A stretch of DNA of 64,000 bases from Leucoraja ocellata (Eukaryota): positions 3,162,001 through 3,226,000 of the forward strand of contig JAWMAR010000165.1 of the NCBI GenBank assembly GCA_036785375.1. Reading direction: 5' to 3'. How positions within the stretch are numbered: the stretch's first letter is position 1; every line of letters begins with the position of its first letter. The position numbers and the translations under genes are program-made. Below the pieces are notes generated by a model that saw nothing but the letters and a program-made list of their open reading frames with translations, had not been told where the DNA came from and searched no databases. Shown one piece after another: positions 1 to 11,600 of this stretch.

Positions 1-810
1 ATAGATTACAATACGTCAAGGTCACCAAGAGCTTTCTAGGCTGTGAACTAACTAGGATTGTTAGTTACTAAAAACATTATAAGAACGTATCTGCTCAGAT
101 CTTGCCAGGTGTTATGTTATGCAGGAGTAGATATTGATCCGGATCTTACTCCACCAGGGCTGCTATAACAGCAGCAGCAAGGGTTAATTACATTCCGCTG
201 GACCACATCATAACGGCTGTAGCGTGGTCAAACTAACGAATTTTCAAACATTTTATAATAACCCGTTGCCAGACCAGGGGTATTTCTCAACTTTATTTTA
301 CGTTCTGTTATAGGTTTCATCCAGATGAGCGATGTGAGTATTGTTATTACTTAGTTAACAGCATCAGCATGTTTAAATCTATGTCATGACTGTATGCATT
401 ATGATTGTTTTCCCTCATTTGTCAATGGGGCAGTTGTGGTTGTGTAGACTTGTTGCTCGCGGCATGAAATCACAGAGCTTTGAAATCTTCACGTAGTTAC
501 TCACGTGACTCCGAAGTAAATGATTAAATGAGAACTTACCAGTTTGGAGTTTGATCTTTATTTTATGAGGAGTTACGATGAGGGACTACGTGCCCTCCAC
601 TCCCAGCCCTCGTAAAGGTCATCTGGGTAGTTCTAGTCTTCTTTCACCTTACTATTATACTTCAGTCTCTATTATCTGTGATTTCACACCGCTGCTTTGA
701 AGATTGACACACATGCGGCTGTACGGGGTTCTTCACGTAGTCCCTCATCATAACTCCTCATAAAATAAAGATCAAACTTCAAACTGGTAAGTTCTCGTTT
801 AATCTTACTA
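1..810 (+). mobile_element. DIRS1-like tyrosine-recombinase retrotransposon, 3' end (YR remnant, ICR, right ITR)
   Basis: YSTRAAITAAARVNYIPLDHIITAVAWSN*RIFKHFYNNP at ~147-265; ~70-bp inverted repeat 523-592/734-804; 486-520 is complementary to the left termini of family copies at ~7438 and ~51292. Confidence 0.8.
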
Positions 811-829
811 TTATGTGCCACTATCATAT

Positions 830-1160
830 CTGCCTCCAAACTAAACATTAAATCCATGTACCTGTACAAGTGCCTTTTAAATCCTGTTATCTCACCTGCC
901 ACCCTTGGCAACTCTTTCCATACACTCACCACACCCAGTGTGAAAACGTTGACCCTCAGGTTCCCATTAAATCTTTCCCCATTCACCTTAAACATATGTC
1001 CTCTGGTTCTAAGACTGTGTGCATTTGTACTATTTATTACCCTCACAATTTTAATACCTCTATAAGATCACACCTGAGCTTCCTATGCTGCAAGTAATAA
1101 AGTTCTATCCTGCCCAATCCGTGTAGTTCAGACCCTTGAGTCCTGGCAACATCCTTGTAA
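830..1160 (-). mobile_element. CR1 LINE 3' fragment
   Basis: Degraded ..TRGHMFKVNGERFNGNLR.. CR1 ORF2 C-terminus. Confidence 0.7.
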
Positions 1161-2467
1161 TACTCAAATTAAAATAGGTTGAATATGATCCAACGTAATT
1201 AAGTGCGTTTCCCATCACAAATGTTGTTCAGTTGAGTCCGTATTTAACAAATAGCTTTTTCAGAAAATGTGCGTTACGGTTGTGGAGAGCAAGCTTGTAA
1301 TGTTAGTGGTATTTGGTGTAAACCTGTGATGACTTGTCGTCATCTGCTGGCCTGGTTTGAGCTTCAATTCCCGGGGCGCTGTGTTCCCAGTTGCTTTTAT
1401 GTTCATATGTTCTAGAAGCAGAATTAGGCCATTCGGCCCATCAAATCTACTCCGCCATTCAATTTCATTCCACTGCTTTCGCCCCACAACCCCCAACACC
1501 TTTAGTTTGCTCTCACTGTGCTTTTGTGGTGTTAGGATCCACCATTGGGAAGTGGTTGTGAGTCAGCAGCGGTGGTCCATTGCAGGATCACCATGCACAT
1601 TGTACTGCCAGACGTTCTGTCCTCTTGCCATCCGTGTCAAAAATGATGGCCCTTCTGGCACTACCCAGATTTTGTGAGAGGGGACTCCCCTCCAACTCCA
1701 ACAGTTTTGATGGCTGAAGCTGCAATGCAATGGATGGTTGATGAAGGACAGGGATTTGATGGGCCAAAGGGCCAGTTCCCATGCTTTACCACACTATGGC
1801 ATTCAACGTCTGCCTCGATGACAGACATCCAAGTACTGGTTGGGGCTGCAGGTAACGGAGGGTATTGGGATGTAGGATGTTGCCCCGGTAGCCATAGAAA
1901 CCATCAGTGGACATGTTGCAACAAATCTCCATCCCTTAAATCAATCGCACAGCCCAGGAGAAAAATCTAACCATTTTTATTTCTTTGAAGACATTTTTGT
2001 TTATGAACAAGATAGGGAACAAGCCGTGTGGAATGATCCATTCACAAACCAGAGACCGGCCGCAGTGGGATTGATGGGTTGAGTAGCCAATGAAGGAAGC
2101 AAAGAGGTGGGACCCAGGAGGTCATGTGATAAAGCCACCCGCAATACCTCAAACAGCAAGGAGTCATCCTTCATCACCAATGGGGCCCAACGCCCAAAAT
2201 CGCAACTCCCAACAGTCGGGCCCCAGAGGACACCTTTAGCGGGGCCAAGGAAATACTTGGGGCCAAGTCACAATGAGTCCAACTGCTTCAAGCAGGAAAC
2301 ACTCTCATACGTTGCCAACAACTATTTAAATAACGCTTTGGATAATCCACTGGGTGGGTTTATTTGTACAAAAAGAAATAATCAAGGCCAAAATTATTAA
2401 ATCATCACCCATCCTCACCCCCCTCCTCCCCCCTTCAAATAAAGTGATAGCAGATGTATAGTCTTTA

Positions 2468-2670
2468 TTAATTCATCCAGGAAGATGGTCCTTTGGAATT
2501 CTTGGCATTGTAAGGCTCTGGCATTTGCATGGCACATTGAGATGGCAGGCAGCGTCCATCCTTCCCGGTTGATCCCTGGTTGCCTGGTTGTCCTGGAATG
2601 CCCGGGATACCCTGTTGGCCAACTGGCCCTGGTGAGCCCAGTTTACCATAACCTGGGAGTCCAGGTGGAC
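2468..2670 (-). CDS. COL16A1: Collagen terminal coding exon (end of COL1 + NC1)
   Basis: cgcag| acceptor, phase 1; (G)[66 protein letters not shown]; TAA at 2470-2468. Confidence 0.93.
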
Positions 2671-5600
2671 CTGCGCGAGTAAGGCAAGACGTTAGGCACT
2701 CTCATCCAGCCCTTCAACCTGCGCATCGACATGGCATTGGGTGCAAGAGAGAGGAGGTCATGATGCAACTTGATAAGACTTTGGTTTGGCCAAATTTGGA
2801 GTATTGCCTAGAAGTAATACTGCATTAAAGTATTGTTGAGTTTTAGAGAGCATAGCTTTGTGAGTATTAGAGGGCATAGCTTTAAGATGAGAGGGGCAAA
2901 GTTTAAAGGAGATGCTAAGAACATACTGCCGAGGGTGGTGGTGGAGGCAGATCCAATAGTGGCATTTAAGAGAAGTCTTAGATTAGTTTAGAGATACAGC
3001 GCGGAACAGGTCCCATCGAGTCCGCGTCAACCATATTAAAGCTATCCTACACACGCAAGGGACAATTTTCAATTTAACCAAGCCAATTAACCTACATATC
3101 TGTACGTCTTGGAGTGTGAGAGGAAACTGGAGCTCCTGGGAAAAACCCACACAGGTCATGGGGATAACGTACAAACTACGTACAGACAAGCACCAGTAGT
3201 TAGGATCGAGCCTGGGTCTCTGACACTGTATGGCAGCAACTTTACTGCTGCCATCCAAAAAGGCAGATGGGTGTGCAGAGAATGGAGAGATATAGATCAC
3301 GTGTTATCAGAGGAGAATAGTTTAACTTGGTAGTATGTACGTCACGACATTGTGGGTCGATCGACCTGTCCCTGTGCTGTACTGTTCTATGAACATGGAA
3401 ATTCAGAAACAACTGGGGATTTCAGAAACCAGAGAGCCAGGGAGAGACAGTGGTGAAGAGCAACAATGGCTGACTCGTCACAGGTACAATAAGAGGATGA
3501 CAAACTATGTGGGGAAGCCCATCGAGCAGAGGCTTCAAGATCTGTTGACAGCTGTGACTTGGTGGGAGGTGGGGTTAGGAGATGGAGTTGGGAGCTGGGC
3601 TTTGACTGGAGCCTCAGGGTCAAAGCTGCTGAGATTTTTCACAAAGATGCTAATGATTTAGATAAAGATAAAGCAAACAAGAATTTAATTGTCCTATCTG
3701 GGACACATGACAATAAACTCTCTTGACTCTTGACTTGACTTGATTTAGTCCAGAGGAGCGTGAAGTTTCTGGAATGCAAAATGCCAGATTCAAGGTAACG
3801 GGGGAAAAAGGCAGAAAGTGCTGGAGGAACTCCATGGGTCAGGCAGCATCTGTGAAAAGAATGGGCAGGCGATGTTTAAGGTCGGGATCCCTCTTCAATT
3901 GATTGTAGTAGGGGGATAGTTGTCATACTCTAATCAGTCTAAAGAAGGGACCCTTCAGAAGAGCTGCCTGACTCACTGAGTTGCTCCACCACTTTGTGCT
4001 TTTTCTAGCAACCAATATCTACAGTTCCTTGTGCCTTCAATGTAAAGGAAGCCCTTTATCAGAAAGCAGCATTATGGAGAGGATTGGAGGTAAGAGCCGG
4101 ACTGGTCTCTCACTGAACCGGAGTAGTATCAGCATGCCAAATAGCTGCACGTTGTGATGTAACCATGTTTCTTAGTTCCCGTGGAGTTGGCTACAGAGAG
4201 ACACTAGTCCTGATCCATTTTCTGGAGATGTCCATGTGAACACACTGGTACGATTTTTTAGAACGTAGAACAGTACAGCACAGGAACAGGCCTTTCAGCC
4301 CACAATGTCTGTACTGAGCATGAGGCCAAGTTGCACTCATTTCATTGCCTTGAAGATGTCTGTGGAGACACTCTGGGCCTTTGGGCAGATGGTGTGGCTG
4401 GTGCCAAGAAACAGTAATAGGAACGTAATGGTGTGGTTGGTGCCAAGAAACAGATACCTCGCACTTGATGCCCAGGCAATGGTTGATCTACTTTGTGGAT
4501 TTCAATGACAAGCTTACAATGGTTAGTGTGCAGACCGTAGAAGGCTGGGGAGCCAGCAACCAACGAGGTACAAAAAGCGTCAGAGGGTGAAATGAGAGCA
4601 GGACAGGTGACTTACCCTGTGGCCCAGGTAAACCAGGCTCGCCCACATGACCCACGCCTTTGTCGCCACGATCACCCTTAGGACCACTCGGACCTGAGTC
4701 CAAACAAACATTTCAGAGGCGTTATAAAGACTCCGATTTCAATGAACCAAACAAGTTCAACAGTGGTCAGTAATTTGAGTTCTACCCGAGCAAACACGTG
4801 CAGTGTACGTCATCGACTACTCAAGCCAACTCTGCTAGTTAATGGCACCATGGCTGACGGAACGCCATGTTCTCACTTGCACCAGCATCTCTCGGTTTCT
4901 ACCCCTCATGAGGGATAATTTACGACAGCTAACCACGGTTTTGGGAGGTGGATTTAAACCAGGAAAGTGTGGTGGCAGAAAGAACGTGCAAATTCCGCAC
5001 AGACAGTGCTGGAGGGCAGGATTGAACTGGCTCTGTCTGTGGTGCCCTTGACTAAGCAAAACGCCGGCCGCTTCGCCCAGTGTGCACTGTGCGCACTCCC
5101 GCATCATTGAGCCACTCTACCTTTGGATCCGGGTATTCCTGGTCGCCCATCTCTTCCCATCTGTCCCGGCATTCCCGACTGACCAGGCTGTCCCGGGTGT
5201 CCAGGGGCTCCGATTTTCCCTGGAGTTCCTGGTCTGCCCGGGCTGGTATCTGATGAACGCATACTGGCCAAGTAGTACGTCATTCTCTCTGCAAAATGTA
5301 CAACAGAGCATTGAGTGAGTTGTGATCAATCTTCCCACTCCCTGCACTCTGCAGCATGGAAATTATTTACCAGAGGGAGAAGCCTGGCATCCATCACTCT
5401 CCCACAGACAACACAGCAGGTAAAACCATATATACTGACAAACTAAAAATACCAGTCATTCATCCAATAGCCAGAATACTGCTCAGATTACAGGGTATTA
5501 GCGAAGAGGAGAAGTTGGACAGACGTGGATTGTTTTCTCTGGAACTTTGGAGGCCAAAGGGAGACCTAATAGAAATATATAAAAATGAGAGACGTAGATA

Positions 5601-8600
5601 AGGTAGACAGTCAAAACCTTTTTCCTAGAGTGGAAATGGCAAAGACTAAAGAGCATAGGTTTAAGGTCAGAGAGGCAATGTTCAAAGGAGATGTGCGGGG
5701 CAGTTTTTTTTTAATAGTGGGTGCCTGGAATGGGGTGCTAGATTGGGATAGGATGCTTTTAGATAAACATATGAATATGCAGGAAATAGGGGGATTTGGA
5801 TTATGTACCGACAGAGGAGATTAGTTTACCTTGGCATCATTTTTGGCACAGACATTGTGGGCTGAAGGGCCTGTTCCTGTGCTGTATTGTTCCATGTTCT
5901 AAGCTCCACGAAACAGTCCCTTTAGCCCAGTGAGTCCATTCCCAACCACGTCCACTCATCCCACTTCCAAAAACTCAGGGCAGCACAGTGGTAGAGCTGC
6001 TGTCTCACAGCTCCAAGGACCCGGGTAGGATCCTGACCTTGGGTGCAGTGTATGTGGAGTTTGCATGTTCTCCCTCTGGTGCTCCAGTTGCCTCCCAAAT
6101 CTTAAGGTTTGTTGGTTAATTGGCCTCTGTAAATCACCCCAAGTGTGTGTAGGGAGTGGAAGAGAAAATGGGATAACATAGGACTAGTGTAAATGGGTGA
6201 TTGGTGGTCAGCATGGACTCAGTGGGCCAAAGGATCCTGTTTCCTTGCTCCATCTGCAAACTAAATAAATCAACCTCATCCTTGACCCCACTGCACACCT
6301 GCATGTTTTTACAACTGACAGGTCTTTGGGATGGGGGGGGGGGGGGGTGGAAACAAGCCAGGGAAAATTCAGGCGATGTCCGGGGAAACGTAGAAACTCC
6401 ACATAGACATCACTGGAGGTCAGAATTTTACCCAGCTGACTGGAGATGTGACTCTGTGCTCCCCACACTACATCAGAGGATGAGCAGCTGTGGCAGCCTG
6501 TGTGATTAGTTTGGTTCAGGTTCTCTGCCATCCAGTTACATCATACCACACGCGAGTACAATCGTGGGCAGATAAGAGATTGTAGTGAATGACAGTTCAT
6601 TCTCTTCTGGGACATCACACAAAGAGTCACCACGTTCCAGCCCTGTATTGTCAAGGCTCAGGTTTCTGCAATTACCACGTGCGGTTGTGTCCCATCTGGG
6701 CACAAGTACATTCCTTCTTCTTGCTGGAGTTTAGAAGATGAGGGGGAACCTTATTGAAACTTACTGAATAGTGAAAGGCCTGAATTGAGTGAATGCAGAG
6801 AGGATGTTTCCCCTACTGGGAAAGTCTAGTTTTCCAGAGGACATAGTCTCAGAAGATAAGGACATACCTTTAGAAAGGAGATGATGAGGAATTCCTTTAG
6901 TCGGAGGGCGGTTGTGGAATCCAAGTCAATGGATATGTTTAAGGCAGAGATAGATAGATTCTTGATTAGTATGGGTGTCAGGGGTTAGGTGGAGAAGGCA
7001 GAATAAATTTGGACTGTCAGGGTCGGATTTCTTTAGGTTCCTCCAAATACGGCACTACTTACAGACACATGTAGATTGGGAGCAGATATGTAGACTACCT
7101 TCAAACTTGGAAAATACTTTCTTGATGACTATAGAGGGAGTGTTACAAAAGGATTTGATATCTCATTTATATCAAGGACTTCAAGACTATACAAAAGGAA
7201 GTACTATAGAAACAAAAGAGAAATGGGAATTGGAAATGAACATTATTATTACAGATGAAATATGGGAAAGGACATGTCTCTTGGGCCATAAGCTGACAAG
7301 TAGCCCCTCTTGGAGGTAGTTTGAATGGAAAATTAAAATGAGAGTATTTAGGACACCTCTAGTGTTGGTAAGATACAGTAACACCTCAAATTTATGCTGG
7401 AGACAATGTAGGAAGATTGGTGATCACACACATATTTTATTTCGGAGTCACGTGAGTGACTAAGTGAAGAACCCCGCTAGGACGCATGCGTGTCATATTG
7501 CTACGCGCATTGCAATGAGTCACAGCAGGGGGAAGGACATTCCCCTATAGAGGCAGAATTTGAAAGTCGGGAACAGCAGGTAACGAGCGTTTTTCCCACT
7601 TACCTTGCAGGTGGAAAGATGGACAGATCCACTAGAAGGAAGGCTGCGGGAAAGCTGGCGGGGGAGAACCACGGAGTTGCGGGCAGCCAGCAGCAACAGC
7701 AGCAGCCGACGGCATGCCAATCTCCCGAAATGGGAACAGCTGTGCCCGACTTCGCTCCTGCACCGGCCTTGGCCGGGCAGGAAAGAGAAGCAAAACGGAG
7801 CGAATGCTAGACTCCGATGAGTCTGACTTTGAGCAGCCGCGAGCGGCCAGTGCCCGTGAGCACCGGGGCCGGTTGGAGCGGCTGGGGGAACAGGAGCAGC
7901 CACGAGCGGCCAGTGCCCGTGAGCACCGGGGCCGGTTGGAGCGGCTGGGGGAACAGGAGCAGCCGCGAGCGGCCAGTGCCCATGAGCATTGGAGCCAGTT
8001 GGAGCGGCTGCAGGATCAGGAGCAGCCGCGAGTGGCCTATGCCCGAAAGCATAAGAGCCAGTTGGAGCGGCTGCTGGAGGAAATACTCCAAAGTGGCTAA
8101 GCCACAGTGGGCAATTAATAAGCCCCACAGCAGTACCCCTTGTGGGGCTGCACAGTGTTTCTCCCTCATCAGAGGAGAGCACGGAGGATCAACTCTGGGC
8201 TGACCCTGAAGAAGGCAGTGATCAACATACTGGGGTGTTGGTGTTGCCTGGGGTGAAAGAAAACATGCTGGACATGGTATCCCAGTTTATCCAACCAGGC
8301 TAAACTGGCCAAGACCTGGAGCCGAAAATAGCGGTAAGCATTGACTATATGTCATTTAACTAACTGCAGGCAATTGCATAATCATACATCATGGCACAAC
8401 ATTTACCTCCAGGGAACTGCAAGTAGCTAAATTTTCCCAGTGTAAACCAGTGCATCTGGAAACATGTAGGGGCATCAATTAGAACCAGGGACTTAAAAAT
8501 TCAGAAAGTCCTAAAAGTCCTAACGGCAGGGCTTACATCTTTTGCCCGCACATTAAGGAGTAAAACATGACCCAAGACCACCTAAATGCACTGGCTTTAC

Positions 8601-11600
8601 TCCAACTCACAATACGAGTTAAACAACATCAGGCAAAGTGCTATCCAACCAGCTTTAGACCCCAAATTTGCCGGCCTCTGTAAACCTGGAACCTCCAAAC
8701 CATATTTGGAGGCTGTAGATGGTTTATGCATGCAACCTATAATGTAGCTACCTCATCACCATTAACACGCCCCATCTTATTAGTATAACTATGAGATCCT
8801 CCCCTTGTTTCCTCCCACTTGGTCCCGGTATGCCTGAAGGCTGGATGCAGTCAGTGCTGGGACGTGTGTGCTATATGCTTAATAAACGCTTTAGAAAAGG
8901 TTACAATGTGTCAGACTAAGCTCCTTTACATGGTGTCGGCTAGTTAAACTCGCGTCTCCCGTTTACCGGTTTTATTTTCATTTGTCCCCTGTCTACCCTG
9001 TGTTGGGTCTCCTTTGATATGGCATCCTCATGCCGAAAGCCATCTCCCCTTGTCTTTGATGCTGACATTGCGGAGCGATGGGCTACTTTTGTGATGGACT
9101 ACACTCACTTTGTTAACATTGTGCACAGGAATGACCCAGCTGCGGTCAGAGCCTCCCTCCTACTTAACCTGGCCGGTCCTGACGCCATGAAAAGAGCTCA
9201 GGCTTTCGTGTACGATCCAGCGGTCCTGGATGACAACGGCCAGCCCATCAAGCCAGCTGAATCTGCCGATGACCCGGTATGTCTTTGGCGCAAGTTTGCA
9301 GAGATTTGCGACCTGCCATCCAACCGCATATTGGAGCGGGCTCGGTTTTTCTCATGGAAGAAACAGCCGGATGAACCTGTCGAGTGTTTCATCGCTGACC
9401 TGTGATACCTTGCTCAGCGGTGCCGCTTTGAGACCATGCGTGACCAGCTCACCAGGGACATTCTTGTTACTGGCATGCTAGACCAGAAGTTACGTGCCGA
9501 TTTGCTGCAATGGCCTGATCTAACCCTAACTCAGGCAATGCACACGTGCCGCATCGCCGAAGTGGTGACCCCTACGCATGGGCTGAGGGGATCTGACAGC
9601 CGTACCATTAATCTGACTGGCGTTGCGGAACCACGCCGTGTACAGGACAACTTTCGCCCTCCACCGCGGCCTGTTCGCACATCTCGGGTCCCGCGGTCTC
9701 CGAAGTGTCCCAATTGCAACTATGTTCACCCCACGCAGGCCCAGTGCCCAGCTCTTGGAAAATCCTGCAATTTCTGTAGGAAATTGAACCACTTCGCAGC
9801 TGCCTGCAGGTCCTGTGGGAATGTGCCCTCAGATCCTAGACGATTCCTAAACAACCTTCAGCCTGTTGATAGTGAGATGGATTCTCAGTCCTCTGTCGAC
9901 ACTGCCCCCGACTCTGAGCTCAGCTATTCCATGGGAGATGCTAGTGTTTACACTCTCCGTCACAGCCGATCTCGCCTCCCCGATCCATCCGTGCTCATTA
10001 CTGTGAATAACAAGTCCTTCTCTGTGAAGCTCGATACTGGAGCCAAAGTGAACGTAATGTCAACATCACTGTTCCCGTTCCTCCTCCTCTTTTTTCAGGT
10101 GGGGAGGGTGAGGGTGCTGTGCGCACTCGCTCGGGTCGGATTGTTAAACCTCCGGCTCGCTACGGAGACTTTGTTTAGCTTTGCAGGTGCTGTCTAACCA
10201 ACCTGCTATTGCCGTACTTTGTTTAAATTGTAAGGGAAAGGATGTAGATGGTTTATGCATGCAACCTATAATGTAGCTACCTCATCACCATTAACACGCC
10301 CCATCCTATTAGTATAACTATGAAATCCTCCCCTTGTTTCCTCCCACTTGGTCCCGGTATGCATGAAGGCTGGATGCAGTCAGTGCTGGGACGTGTGTAC
10401 TATATGCTTAATAAACACTTTAGTAAAGGTTACAGTGTGTCAGACTAAGCTCCTTTACAGAGGGGATTTACGAAAACAAGTCAAAGAACTTGATGAAGAG
10501 GCGAAAATACTAGGGCTCATAAAAGCAGCAATCCTACGGACCCCAGTCGGCCAACACAAACCGGAGCAAGTGCAAAACCAGGAACACCCAACATCGGTCT
10601 TTTTTAGGCCATGGCCCAGACCGACCGTCATTTGCATTTAGGCCAAAAACTTCAATTTTGGTCTCATCTGACCAGAGCACTTTCCCCACATGTTTGCTGT
10701 GTCCCCCACATGGCTTATGGCAAACTGCAAACGGGACTTCATATGGCTTTTTTTCAACAATGGCTTTCTTCTTGCCACTCTTCCATAAAGGCCCGATTTG
10801 TGGAGCGCACGACTAATAGTTGTCCTGTGGACAGATTCTCCCACCTGAGCTGTGGATCTCTGGCTGCTTCTCTGATCAATGCTCTCCTTGCCTTGCCTGT
10901 CAGTTTAGGTGGATTTGGTAGGTTTGCAGTTGTGCCATACTCTTTCATTTTCGGATGATGGATTGAACAGTGCTCCGTGAGATGTTCAAAGCTTGGGATA
11001 TTTTTTTATAACCTAACCCTGCTTTAAACTTCTCCACAACTTTATTCCTGACCTGTCTGGTTTGTTCCTTGGGCAACATTATGCTGTTTGTTCACTAATG
11101 TTCTCTAGCAAACCTCTGAGGCCTTCACAGAACAGCTGTATTTATACTGAGATTAGATTACACACAAGTGGACTCTATTTACTAATTAGGTGATTTCTGA
11201 AGGCAATTGGTTGCACTGGATTTTATTTAGGGGTATCAGAGTAAAGGGGGCTGAATACTTTTGCACGCCACACTTTTCAGTTTTTTTATTAGTAAATAAA
11301 TTTGAAAACCATGTATCATTTTCCTTCCACCACAATTATGCGCCACTTTGTATTGGTCTATCACATAAAATCCCAATAAAATACATTTACGTTTGTGGTT
11401 GTAACGTGACAAAATGTGGAAAAGCTCAAGGGGTATGAATACTTTTGCAAGCCACTGTATGTGTATTTTGTTATGTCACTAAATGTTGAGTTTAAAAAAA
11501 AAAGTATGGGTGTCAGGGGTTAGGTGGAGAAGGCAGGAGAATGGCGTTGAGAGGGAAGGATAGATCAGCCATGATTTAATGTCAGAGTAGACTCAATGGG

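Larger units (their letters stand above)
7438..10625 (+). mobile_element. DIRS1-like element, 5' part (left ITR + degraded gag), split by an LTR insertion
   Basis: Terminus ttcggagtcacgtgagtgactaagtgaagaacccc; gag region homologous to 52430-52580 continues across the LTR insertion. Confidence 0.7.
7002..11502 (+). mobile_element. 5'-truncated L1 LINE, interrupted by nested elements, with 34-bp TSD and poly(A)
   Basis: L1 ORF2-like [13 protein letters not shown]...CWRQC..GDHTHIL at 7002-7440; poly(A) 11494-11503; identical 34-bp direct repeats 6968-7001 and 11503-11536. Confidence 0.75.
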
